Shown: piece by piece, positions 26,541 through 35,309 of the stretch
How the letters are laid out: each line of letters begins with the position of its first letter
Numbering within the stretch: position 1 is the stretch's first letter
Source: Candidatus Nomurabacteria bacterium
GTDB taxonomy: Bacteria; Patescibacteriota; Minisyncoccia; Phycocordibacterales; UBA9973
DNA length: 64,000 nt
NCBI GenBank assembly: GCA_021413905.1
Contig: JAIOPO010000005.1
Span: forward strand, 146,957-210,956
Direction: 5' to 3'
Position numbers and translations under genes: made by a program
The notes under the pieces: model-generated
What the model was told of the DNA's origin: nothing
Database searches by the model: none
The model's input: the letters and a program-made list of their open reading frames with translations, nothing else

Positions 26541-27696
26541 GTTAGCGGTTACTCTCGCAGTTTTTGGTCTGCTTGTTTTTTGCGCGAGCGCGATTCCTCA
26601 CAATGCTCACGCTCAGGAACTTATGCAAGATAAGATAACGGTAGTTAGAGCGCGTGTTGATTCCGTTGTTACAAAAGTTCCCGAGGATGTGAAAGGGCTT
26701 GATGTCGCATCTCCCGATCAAACGGTGACGGCTACAATACTTGAGGGCGATCAAGCAGGGCAACAAACCACTTTTGATAATGACTACGTCCAACTGAAAA
26801 GTGGCGATACGTTTTTCCTCAATATCACTGTTCGTGCCGAAGACCAGAGTGTTTATTACAATGTCGAAGATCCTGACAGACTGCCGATACTTGGAATCTT
26901 TGCACTAATTTTTGTTCTCCTTGTGATTCTCATTGGTGGCAAGCAAGGTGTGCGCGGACTTGTCACACTGCTCGGCAGTTTCGTCCTTATTCTCTATGTT
27001 CTCGTTCCGGGCATCCTTCACGGCTATTCTCCGATTCTGATCGCCATCGGAGTATCTTCACTCATTATTATCATCGGTTCATATGTTACGCATGGATTCA
27101 ACAAGACGACATCGTGTGCAGTAGCTGGTATGATTGCCACCGTCATCGTGACAGGAATTCTTGCATACATTGCTGTACACGCAGGACGATTCACTGGATA
27201 CGGCACGGAGGAAGCCACATATCTCAGTATGAATGCGCGCGGGCATATAGACATGCTCGGACTTTTACTCGGAGGAATCATGATCGGGCTTCTCGGCGTA
27301 CTCTATGATGTCGCTATCAGCCAAGCAATAACTGTCGAGGAACTGCATCATATTGCTCCGCATATTGGGAAAGGCGTTATTTTCAAACGCTCCATGCGTG
27401 TCGGGCGCGAACATATTGGTGCACTCGTGAACACTCTTGCAATCGCATATGTCGGTGCCTCACTTCCGCTCTTACTTTTGTTCGCTACACCGCCAGTCGA
27501 TGTCATGCTCACGGTGAATCGAGAAATCTTTGCCGCAGAAATTATCCGTATTCTCATCGGTAGTATTGGACTTGTGCTTGCTGTGCCAATCGTGACGGCT
27601 CTTGCCGTAATGGTTTTGGTTAAAGTAAAAAAAGTTGATGACTCGACAAAAAGGGAGGAGTATAAGGCACTTGAGCATTATTCGCATCATCACTAG
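26527..27696 (+). CDS. YibE/F-like polytopic membrane protein with an N-terminal signal peptide.
   Basis: GTG start giving RRNKLAVTLAVFGLLVFCASAIPHNAHA, followed by more than 8 TM helices. The longer ORF that begins at 26302 overlaps zur and was rejected. Confidence 0.6.
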   Translation: MRRNKLAVTLAVFGLLVFCASAIPHNAHAQELMQDKITVVRARVDSVVTKVPEDVKGLDVASPDQTVTATILEGDQAGQQTTFDNDYVQLKSGDTFFLNITVRAEDQSVYYNVEDPDRLPILGIFALIFVLLVILIGGKQGVRGLVTLLGSFVLILYVLVPGILHGYSPILIAIGVSSLIIIIGSYVTHGFNKTTSCAVAGMIATVIVTGILAYIAVHAGRFTGYGTEEATYLSMNARGHIDMLGLLLGGIMIGLLGVLYDVAISQAITVEELHHIAPHIGKGVIFKRSMRVGREHIGALVNTLAIAYVGASLPLLLLFATPPVDVMLTVNREIFAAEIIRILIGSIGLVLAVPIVTALAVMVLVKVKKVDDSTKREEYKALEHYSHHH

Positions 27697-27706
27697 TGTT
27701 GGTAAC
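27696..27706. promoter_or_regulatory. GTGTTGGTAAC core (putative att core) overlapping the TAG stop codon of the YibE/F gene; followed by the right arm CTCGCTACACAATAA.
   Basis: cactaGTGTTGGTAACctcgctacacaataatc; the right arm is similar to those at 39200 and 58466. Confidence 0.45.
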
Positions 27707-27762
27707 CTCGCTACACAATAATCCCGATCCGAGCTAAGATGGTCGAACCTCGAAAAATGAGG

Positions 27763-27768
27763 TATAAT
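27763..27768 (+). promoter_or_regulatory. -10 box TATAAT driving leader RNA copy 1.
   Basis: gaggTATAATttg lies 20 nt upstream of the GACC 5' motif. A -10 box is positioned equivalently before copies 2 and 3. Confidence 0.5.
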
Positions 27769-27788
27769 TTGTTCACAAATTAATAGGT

Positions 27789-27943
27789 GACCTAACCCCG
27801 AAAGGCCTTGTGGCTTCTCGGATATGGTCAAAAAACCGCTACAGTATAAAAGACTCCTCGTCAGAGTCACTGTAGCGGTCGTATCCGGAAACGGGTATGG
27901 GTTTAGCCGAAAGGCTGAATCGCGATGGCGAGGAGTCTTTTAT
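27789..27943 (+). ncRNA. Structured leader RNA copy 1 of the novel motif: promoter-proximal, covarying helices, GAAA tetraloop hairpins and a terminal intrinsic terminator.
   Basis: GACCUAACCCC[ccga..ucgg]GGAUAUGGUC AAAAAA [ccgctacagt AUAAAAGACUCCUCGUCAGAGUC actgtagcgg] UCGUAUCCG-GAAA-CGGGUAUGG [agcc-GAAA-ggct] ..GGCGAGGAGUCuuuu. The 3' segment CGAGGAGUC is complementary to GACUCCUCG in the apical loop. Confidence 0.6.
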
Positions 27944-27988
27944 CAACGAGACTCTTGGTTCATTCGTAAAACAAAACCGCTACAGTGT

Positions 27989-28459
27989 ATGAATGACCTC
28001 AACAAGTTTTTTGCCACCACAAGTGGCAAGTGTGCGTTCGCAATCATTTTTTTAATAATCGGTTTCTTCGGCGGTATGCAGTACAAGGCATACCAGATCA
28101 AGAGCGTCATCACTGATTCGCTCATGCCTGCGATTACGAGCAGTTTGGATGACGCGAGAACGAAAGCGAGCGACGCGAAAATCCGTGCAATCGTTTCGTC
28201 CGCTCGGGCACAAGGCGAACTGTATTACTCGTCTGGCGGCAACGATACAACCTACAAGGGAGTTTGTTCTGATTCTGAATTTACGCATTTGATTGATGGC
28301 GCGAATAGCACGCCGACCTGTAACGAAGCCAGAGACGGTTCCGCATGGGCAGTCGCCATTCCAATGAGCGACTCATCAACCTATGCTTGTTCTGATTCCA
28401 CTGGCGCATCCATCGTCATTAATTATCCGCTCGGTTCCGCTAGTTCTTGCACGAAGTAG
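27989..28459 (+). CDS. Pilin-like or pseudopilin-like small secreted protein with an atypical N-terminus.
   Basis: Hydrophobic N-terminal helix AFAIIFLIIGFFGG, then ...SSARAQGELYYSSGGN, which resembles the N-terminal helix of Gram-positive/CPR type IV pilins. The C-terminal Cys pairs fit, but the canonical G-FTLIE prepilin site is missing. The in-frame upstream extension from 27824 overlaps the RNA and was rejected. Confidence 0.4.
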   Translation: MNDLNKFFATTSGKCAFAIIFLIIGFFGGMQYKAYQIKSVITDSLMPAITSSLDDARTKASDAKIRAIVSSARAQGELYYSSGGNDTTYKGVCSDSEFTHLIDGANSTPTCNEARDGSAWAVAIPMSDSSTYACSDSTGASIVINYPLGSASSCTK

Positions 28460-28462
28460 TAT

Positions 28463-29167
28463 ATGAAAGACATCCAACAATTTCTTTCAACTATGACGGG
28501 TAAGGTTATTGCAATCGTTCTTGTCCTTGGAGTTGGTCTGTTCATCGGATCGCGCGGGGCGACGCACAAAAACGAGCCTGTCACGGAAACACAGACACAA
28601 GTTGCGGTCGCCGATTCGACCCCGACCGCTCCTGTCGCCGTAGCCGAGACCGCGCCGATTCAGAAAACGACTGCCACTCCGAAAAAATCCGCTCCAGTCG
28701 CGCCCACTCCCGCACCAGTCATCACTCAGCCTGATCCAAAACCGGCACCATCAAAATTGCCAACGCGCATCGACGGCCTCGCAAGCATCAACCCGCTCGC
28801 CGCGCTTCAAGAAAATTGGGATACAGATATCGAGAAGGACGGTCCTGTCATAGATATCTCGTACCTCGATAGCAACGGCGACATGATTTCAAACGATGCC
28901 ACCGCCAAGATGCCCATCTCGGCGGATGTGAAGCTCTACGCCGGAAGCGATCCGCTTTCCAAGAAAACAAAACTTGTTTACTCCGGTCATTTTGATTCCA
29001 ACCAGATCGTCTACAATTTTTCTCCGAAGATTCGCATTCCCGAAGAACAAATAAACATCGATCCGAATACCGATTATGATATCGGACTTGCCACTGTCAC
29101 CATCCACACTCCCGAGCAAGGCGACTTCTCGGCAACTGATTCATTCGTAGTTCTCTACGAGAAGTAA
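28463..29167 (+). CDS. Membrane-anchored secreted protein with a Pro/Thr/Ala-rich linker.
   Basis: N-terminal TM helix, then a low-complexity linker of TPTAPVAVAETAPIQKTTATPKKSAPVAPTPAPV. Confidence 0.5.
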   Translation: MKDIQQFLSTMTGKVIAIVLVLGVGLFIGSRGATHKNEPVTETQTQVAVADSTPTAPVAVAETAPIQKTTATPKKSAPVAPTPAPVITQPDPKPAPSKLPTRIDGLASINPLAALQENWDTDIEKDGPVIDISYLDSNGDMISNDATAKMPISADVKLYAGSDPLSKKTKLVYSGHFDSNQIVYNFSPKIRIPEEQINIDPNTDYDIGLATVTIHTPEQGDFSATDSFVVLYEK

Positions 29168-29170
29168 TAT

Positions 29171-29473
29171 ATGGTCTACGCAATTCTAATTTTCGCTCTC
29201 TACTTTCTTCCGTCCATAAACGCGTACTGGAAAAAGAAACGTAATAAAAGTGCAGTGCTGACGCTCAACTTCTTTCTCGGTTGGACTGTCATCGGGTGGA
29301 TCGTTGCGCTCATTTGGTCGTCCACCAATGACGCTCCGGCGACTGTTGTCATCGAAAAGAATACGCCAGTTAAAAGTACTTCAAACGAATTGGTCGAACT
29401 TCACGCGCTCAAAGAAAAAGGTGTCATTACGCACGAGGAGTTCGAGGCTGGTAAAAAGAAAATTCTAGGGTAA
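29171..29473 (+). CDS. SHOCT-domain membrane protein.
   Basis: N-terminal TM helices plus the C-terminal LKEKGVITHEEFEAGKKKILG SHOCT motif. Confidence 0.65.
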   Translation: MVYAILIFALYFLPSINAYWKKKRNKSAVLTLNFFLGWTVIGWIVALIWSSTNDAPATVVIEKNTPVKSTSNELVELHALKEKGVITHEEFEAGKKKILG

Positions 29474-29507
29474 TATCAAGAATATCTAAAGAAAAAGTAA
29501 AGAAAAT

Positions 29508-30191
29508 ATGAAGACCAAAATCGTAGCAATCTCAATACTCATACTGTCCATATTCGGAGCAACTCCTGCACTGGCTACTTTTGGTATTCAAACTAAGACG
29601 AGCCACTGTGTTGCTGGAGCGACTCCCGACACCGCTTGTTCACCGGGTGCGGTTCTCACTACCGATGCAAATATCGTTTGCGTTTCCGGCTACACAAAGA
29701 AAGTCAGAGACGTTACGACTGCAACCAAGAAAAAGGTGTTCAAGGAATACGGACTCGCATGGAGTACTCGCTCGAATTATGAAGTCGATCACATCATCTC
29801 GCTTGAACTCGGCGGTTCAAATGACATTTCAAATCTCTTTCCAGAGTCGTACACTATATCGAACGGCGCACGCGTGAAAGACACTCTCGAAAACTATCTC
29901 CATTCCCAAGTCTGCTCTGGTGCGATCTCACTCACCGGCGCTCAAAAAGCAATCTCCGGCGATTGGACTGTTGCATACCAAAATTGGAAGAACCCGAAGT
30001 CTGCCGCGAAAACAGTGCAGACAAAATCGACCCAGACGACTATGCCATCCACCGATCCTGCCGTAAAGAAAAGTACCTCCGGTATCTGTCATGCAAGAGG
30101 TACGCGCTACTATGCTTCAACGACTCACTTCACATCCTACACCACCGTCCAAGCTTGCCTAGACAGCAGAGGACGGCTACCATTGAACTAG
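29508..30191 (+). CDS. Secreted HNH endonuclease-domain protein.
   Basis: Signal peptide MKTKIVAISILILSIFGATPALA; the HNH motif is YEVDHIISLELGGSNDISNLFPE. Confidence 0.55.
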   Translation: MKTKIVAISILILSIFGATPALATFGIQTKTSHCVAGATPDTACSPGAVLTTDANIVCVSGYTKKVRDVTTATKKKVFKEYGLAWSTRSNYEVDHIISLELGGSNDISNLFPESYTISNGARVKDTLENYLHSQVCSGAISLTGAQKAISGDWTVAYQNWKNPKSAAKTVQTKSTQTTMPSTDPAVKKSTSGICHARGTRYYASTTHFTSYTTVQACLDSRGRLPLN

Positions 30192-30193
30192 AC

Positions 30194-30739
30194 ATGTCCA
30201 CTTTCACTATCCCATTTCCTGAATACGACATCGCAGAAATTCTACAAAAAGAATTCTCGAAGAAAGAGAATTTTTCCGTTGCCATTCCACTGTCCCGTCA
30301 GCAGAAATTCTACGATCTGCTTCTTGTAAACGGAGCGACAAAGAAATCCGTCACCATCCAAGTCAAAAGCTCACGCACCTACCTCGGCTCTCCAAAGAAC
30401 GAGTACCAGTATTACTCATGGCTCAATTATTTCGATATCAAAGACAATTACAGCGACTTCTACTTCGTCTACATGACGTATCCTCAGCTCGACAAGGACT
30501 TCACGCCCCGCGCGAAGTGGGAGCGCATGATCCTCGTATTCAACCAGAAAGAAATGGTTGAACTGCTCAGTAACGTAAAAACCAAAGCCGGAAAGCAGGA
30601 ACGCTTTTTCTCTTTCGGATTGAACGTGACCGACGGCAAGATTTATGGAGCACGCGGATTCGGACATCTCGACAAGAAGGAATTCTCAAAAAATCTGCTC
30701 GCGAACAAAATCGGAGAAATTCGAAAGAAGCTCAGCTAG
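30194..30739 (+). CDS. Hypothetical protein of 181 aa.
   Basis: ORF starting at the ATG right after the upstream stop. The longer ORF in the track, starting at 29963, overlaps the previous gene. Confidence 0.4.
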   Translation: MSTFTIPFPEYDIAEILQKEFSKKENFSVAIPLSRQQKFYDLLLVNGATKKSVTIQVKSSRTYLGSPKNEYQYYSWLNYFDIKDNYSDFYFVYMTYPQLDKDFTPRAKWERMILVFNQKEMVELLSNVKTKAGKQERFFSFGLNVTDGKIYGARGFGHLDKKEFSKNLLANKIGEIRKKLS

Positions 30740-32194
30740 TTAACCAAACAACAACCCCGGCTTCTTGCCGTATTTTTCAATAATCTGAATCATGGAGATG
30801 GAGAAAGCGTCCACGAGGTCGTCATGGTTCTCCTTGCCGAAGCCGACAAGTTCGTCAATGAGTTCACCGCAACCCTCATTGTAAAAGAAAACCTGCTTTT
30901 TCTTGATCGGCACCGCCGCGATTCGCAGACGCGACGCCTTGTCGGTGACACTCGGCACGCCAATGATGTCGTGGCTCTCCTGCATAAGCTGGACGATGGC
31001 TTCTTGCATGCCGTTGTTTTCCATGAATACTTTGACGGGTACTTTGTTTACCTGCTCCGCGGCAATGGAGTTTTTTAGATGTTCGAGAAGTTCCTTTACT
31101 CCGACTTTCGTATGGAACGGATATGGCTGAACGTACACGCGGAGGTTGTCGCCTCGGTTGTAAACATAGAGAACAACAAAGGCCGGAAAGTCAGCACTCT
31201 CTTTTTGCGAGATGGCGAGGTCTACGCCGATACAGATGCGATCCGGCTTTCCTTTTGGAAGCTCATCGTAGTACTGGATGTCATCAAGCGTTACAATCTG
31301 TTCCTCGCTCGCGACAATCTTCAGCATGTACTCACGCAACCATGCGATTTCATCCATCGTCTTTTCATGCTCGGCTTCAATCGACTCCGGCGTTGGATAT
31401 TTACTCGGCCATAACGGAACGCCTTTCGCATCGACGATTGGGTATTCGCGAAAAACAGGGTTCATACTTTTCAGTTCGCCCCGCTCAATTTTCTTTTCGA
31501 GCCGTCTGAGCACGGAGTCCTCGTGAAGCAAGTTACCGACGGCTATAATACGAGTCTTTTTCGTACCGGCAGGTATTACGTCTCCTGTCAGCCAGTTGAA
31601 CGTCTTGTTACGACCCTCTCTCGTTCGCACCGAATCCAAGTCCTCGATGTCGTCAAGGATGATGAGGTCGGGGCGGTGTTGGTTGTGCCTTGCACCGCGA
31701 ATACTTTGTTCGGTCGAACAGATCATGATCTTCACATTCAGTTTCTTTATGATTATCGCCGTCGCGTTGCCGAGACTGTTCCGCTCTTCCTCAAATGGTC
31801 CTAAGTCTTTTTTCAGAAGCTCGTTGTGCAAAAGTTGCTCCTTTATATTCGACAAGTGTTGTCGGGCTTTCTGCTCGGTCTGACCGCACAAGACAATGAA
31901 CTTTTTCTGCTGTACGCCGAGTATCGACCACAGAACATATGCCGTCGAGACGAGCGTGGATTTTGCCGAGCCACGGAACGCAACAATGACGGCAAGCTTG
32001 ATCTTGTCGTCTTCAAGAATACGGAACATCTCCTCGTGAAAAGGCGCAGTCTCATACTCCATGTATTGAGACATGTATATCGGGAAGAAGAACTCGAAGC
32101 TGTTGCGGACGACTTCCTTGCGGAAGCGTTGATCCTTGAGTATCTTGCCGAAGATGTCGTCCGAGCTATTCTCTTTTTTGCGTTTTTTTGACAT
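30740..32194 (-). CDS. Phage terminase large subunit-like protein (TerL), module A.
   Basis: Walker A AFRGSAKST and Walker B LIILDDIE. The C-terminal RNaseH-like nuclease Asp residues are present at ICIGVDLAISQ and HDDLVDAF. It is paralogous to 40449-42047. Confidence 0.65.
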   Translation of the reverse strand: MSKKRKKENSSDDIFGKILKDQRFRKEVVRNSFEFFFPIYMSQYMEYETAPFHEEMFRILEDDKIKLAVIVAFRGSAKSTLVSTAYVLWSILGVQQKKFIVLCGQTEQKARQHLSNIKEQLLHNELLKKDLGPFEEERNSLGNATAIIIKKLNVKIMICSTEQSIRGARHNQHRPDLIILDDIEDLDSVRTREGRNKTFNWLTGDVIPAGTKKTRIIAVGNLLHEDSVLRRLEKKIERGELKSMNPVFREYPIVDAKGVPLWPSKYPTPESIEAEHEKTMDEIAWLREYMLKIVASEEQIVTLDDIQYYDELPKGKPDRICIGVDLAISQKESADFPAFVVLYVYNRGDNLRVYVQPYPFHTKVGVKELLEHLKNSIAAEQVNKVPVKVFMENNGMQEAIVQLMQESHDIIGVPSVTDKASRLRIAAVPIKKKQVFFYNEGCGELIDELVGFGKENHDDLVDAFSISMIQIIEKYGKKPGLLFG

Positions 32195-32591
32195 GGTTTC
32201 TAATCGACGAGAGCTTCAACGCCGCCTTTATTTGCTTCCGTTCCTCCTTAGTGAGTGCTTCTTCCTCCGCAAGTCCTTTCACTTCGAGCGTGTCGCCGTA
32301 GCGATCGCTGTGCGTCTTCAGATACAAAGCAATAGCCTTAAACTCCTTGTCGCCGATGAGCGAGAAGAGCTGGGTTTCCGCGATGTCGCACATGAAATTG
32401 CGGCCTTCTTCAAGCGCGGCATCCATCGCTTTCTCGAAGGACTTCTTCTCCTTGACCCATCGGTAAATGGTCGCGCGGGAGAGCTTCACCTTTTGGCACG
32501 CCTGCTCTATCACCGGCGTGCGTTTCAGTTGCTCGATGAACGCCTCCTTGAGCGCATCCTGCCGAGCTTTAATTGAATCTTTCCTACTCAT
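32166..32591 (-). CDS. Small HTH protein, putative terminase small subunit, module A.
   Basis: HTH KLSRATIYRWVKE; it overlaps the TerL start and is paralogous to 42028-42423. Confidence 0.45.
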   Translation of the reverse strand: MSRKDSIKARQDALKEAFIEQLKRTPVIEQACQKVKLSRATIYRWVKEKKSFEKAMDAALEEGRNFMCDIAETQLFSLIGDKEFKAIALYLKTHSDRYGDTLEVKGLAEEEALTKEERKQIKAALKLSSIRNHVKKTQKRE

Positions 32592-33348
32592 ATATTTTTT
32601 CGACTTTTAGCTTGGTAAGTTTTTCCCATCGGTCGATGATGGTCTGGCAGTACTCGGTGTCCATCTCGACTCCGATACAGATGCGCTTCGTCTGCTCGCA
32701 GGCAAGGAGCGTCGTGCCACTTCCGAGGAAGCCATCGAACACGACATCGCCGATGCGCGTGCTGTTGAGTACGAGTTGGCGTATTAATCCAATTGGCTTC
32801 GTCGATGGATGCCAAGGACTGCGGTTCGGTCGCGGATGCACGATGACGCTCTTGTCTTTCGATTTGAGAAATTCGTGCGTGCCGTACCATCCGTAGGCGA
32901 TCAGTTCGTGTTGCGGTGCGTAGTCCATGCGACCGATGACGGCATGCGTTTTGACCCAGATGAGCAGTTGCGTGAACTTCATTCCGGCGGCAAGCATGCC
33001 GTTACGAAGCGCGAATATCATCTTGTCGCAGTTGAAGATGTAGAAGGCGTTCTTGCGTTCGAGATGCGGTCGAATTGCTTCGATCCAGTCACGAGAGAAT
33101 GCCTCATATTCGGCATCACTCTGCAAATGATCATTCGCGATTGTCTTGTCTTTGAGCAAAGGCTTGAGAGCTTTCTTACTTTCAGTCAGATTCACACCGT
33201 ATGGCGGATCTGTAATCACTGCCTTGATCTTCCTGTTAGCGACGAGTCTCGCGACCATGTCCTTGTTTCGGGAGTCCGCACAGAGAAGTAAGTGATTTCC
33301 GAGGCGAAAGGTATCGCCGTATTTAATTGAGTTTTGTGATTGGGTCAT
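32584..33348 (-). CDS. DNA methyltransferase (N6-adenine / N4-cytosine, beta class).
   Basis: Motif IV VITDPPYG precedes motif I DGFLGSGTT. It is paralogous to 62235-62984. Confidence 0.85.
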   Translation of the reverse strand: MTQSQNSIKYGDTFRLGNHLLLCADSRNKDMVARLVANRKIKAVITDPPYGVNLTESKKALKPLLKDKTIANDHLQSDAEYEAFSRDWIEAIRPHLERKNAFYIFNCDKMIFALRNGMLAAGMKFTQLLIWVKTHAVIGRMDYAPQHELIAYGWYGTHEFLKSKDKSVIVHPRPNRSPWHPSTKPIGLIRQLVLNSTRIGDVVFDGFLGSGTTLLACEQTKRICIGVEMDTEYCQTIIDRWEKLTKLKVEKIYE

Positions 33349-34648
33349 TGGATATTTTCTTAAATCTGTTAATGATTACTTGGCAGAACACGGGATCCCA
33401 CTCGCAGACGTACGCCGTGCGATTGAGCTGTTCGCATGCCGACAGCATGCTTCCCGAACCGGCCGTCATGTCGAGAACGATGTCGCCGGGCTTTGTACAC
33501 CTACGCAAAATTTTCTCGTGAATTGAGGGCGATTTTTGGGTCGGGTGTTCCATCTCACTTCCGGCCATACGCTTGACCATCCAGATATTGAGCAAGTCGA
33601 GGATGTCTTCGATGAGACGGTTGCCGGTACTGACTTCTTTGTTCTGAACCTCGTTGTAGTTCTTGACCTTGTCCGAGAGGTATGGACGACCCATCGTGCC
33701 GTAGACGACGAATTCTGTTACTTTGTTGAAAGCGTTTTTAGGCGTGGGCGAGGCGTTGTCCTTAATCCAAATACAGAGACGCTTCGAGTCAATCTTCAAT
33801 TCCTTGAACACTGTCTGAAAGAGCCAGACGTAGCGTTCGTCGCACCACCATGCCTGATGGCAGTCCGGCTTTGAGACGGCGAGCGCGTTCTGCATGATGA
33901 CCTGCACGAATGCGCGGTACGCATCGTCCGTCATATTGTCTTTGGTTTTGCCGCCATACCCACCGTTCTTTTTGCCGACACCTTTGTCGTAACTGAGATC
34001 AATGTTGTAAGGTAAATCCGTATCGACGAGGTCTGCTCTCGCGTCTCCCATTAATATCTTTGCCGTCTCGGGGAGCGTTGCATCCCCACAGATTAATTTG
34101 TGGCGACCGAGTTGGAATATATCGCCCATCTGTATCTCCGTCTCTTTCGCTTTCTCGACTTCATCCTCCTCGTTGAAGTTTTCGTTTGCTTCGACTTCGA
34201 GGTTGTCGTCGAAGATGTTACTCAAATCCATTGAGTCGAATCCGGCATTCAAGAGTTCGCCGAGATCGAAGTCTCGGGCGAGAGCCTCCCAGTCCCAAGA
34301 AGCCCCCGACCTATTTGACGTAAGTAGGTAGTCTTTGAACTCTGCCTCTGTTAATTTACGATTCGGTACGCGCACTTCAATTTCTTCCTCGCCTCTGCCA
34401 AGCAGGGAGAGCGCGAGGACGCGCTGATTACCGGCGACGAGCGTGCCGTCCGTGTTGATACATGGCAGTTCTGCGACGTTGAATTTTTTGAGACTGCGCT
34501 TGAGTCCTTCGAGTTGAACGGAGGAAAGCGTACGCGGATTTTTTGAATATGGTACGAGCGAATCCACTTTTCGCTTTTCTGTGTGCCATTCTAATTTTTG
34601 TTGAGACATAGGCTGTTTACTTTTGTTTCTTATTAATAAAGAAGACAA
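33323..34648 (-). CDS. ParB-like nuclease N-terminal domain fused to a DNA methyltransferase.
   Basis: ParB/Srx-like VPYSKNPRTLS...GNQRVLAL. The MTase motifs are TDLPYN and LDMTAGSGSM. It is paralogous to 42410-43690 and 62971-63999. Confidence 0.8.
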   Translation of the reverse strand: MSSLLIRNKSKQPMSQQKLEWHTEKRKVDSLVPYSKNPRTLSSVQLEGLKRSLKKFNVAELPCINTDGTLVAGNQRVLALSLLGRGEEEIEVRVPNRKLTEAEFKDYLLTSNRSGASWDWEALARDFDLGELLNAGFDSMDLSNIFDDNLEVEANENFNEEDEVEKAKETEIQMGDIFQLGRHKLICGDATLPETAKILMGDARADLVDTDLPYNIDLSYDKGVGKKNGGYGGKTKDNMTDDAYRAFVQVIMQNALAVSKPDCHQAWWCDERYVWLFQTVFKELKIDSKRLCIWIKDNASPTPKNAFNKVTEFVVYGTMGRPYLSDKVKNYNEVQNKEVSTGNRLIEDILDLLNIWMVKRMAGSEMEHPTQKSPSIHEKILRRCTKPGDIVLDMTAGSGSMLSACEQLNRTAYVCEWDPVFCQVIINRFKKISNDPITKLN

Positions 34649-34786
34649 AATAAAAGCCGCATTTCTCGATAGAAAGACTTAACGTACCAACTCTTAAGTT
34701 GACGCGCTTAGGCTTTTATTCGAGTTATGCGGTTTACGTTCTAGACGTACACGGCCTAACTGGTTGTCTTTGTGCCAATCAATTCT

Positions 34787-35248
34787 CTAGGAGAACTGAG
34801 CGGCTATGAATTCTTGCACAAGATTCGGATACTTTTCGAGAACTTCGGAGAATTCCATTTCTTGAATAGTCTTGCCGAATTTCTCGCGCTCCGCGTCGTC
34901 CAGTATTCCCGTGAGGGAAGGGACTTCGTCGAAGCTTACTTCTTTCGGAAGGAAATCCGGATTGTTCCTGACTTCGTTCCCAATATATTTTTCGACTTTG
35001 GCTTTGGCGACAAGGTCGCCGGTTTCTCCATCAAAAAATGGTTTCTCTAATTCAATGAACATTGCACTCTGCGGTTTGGACAGCGAGAACTTTTTCTCTG
35101 AGAGATTTACCATGGGGTGTCGACTGCACTCCGCAACACTACCTCTTTTAATTTGGAGAGAAACTTTTTTCGCATCCATATTCCAATTATATGCGGCTCC
35201 GTGACATACGCAATCCCCGGGTGATCGAAACGACACGGTTAGAAACAT
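34787..35248 (-). CDS. Hypothetical protein of 153 aa.
   Basis: ORF only. Confidence 0.35.
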   Translation of the reverse strand: MFLTVSFRSPGDCVCHGAAYNWNMDAKKVSLQIKRGSVAECSRHPMVNLSEKKFSLSKPQSAMFIELEKPFFDGETGDLVAKAKVEKYIGNEVRNNPDFLPKEVSFDEVPSLTGILDDAEREKFGKTIQEMEFSEVLEKYPNLVQEFIAAQFS

Positions 35249-35309
35249 TTGACAATACTTAGTGAAAAAGTAAAGTGTAAGATTTTTCCGACTCTAATTT
35301 TCAGAAAAA

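Noticed and set aside
27824-27988. The upstream extension of the pilin-like ORF back into the leader RNA.
   Set aside because: It overlaps the structured RNA and its terminator. An internal ATG at 27989 gives a protein that starts with the hydrophobic helix.
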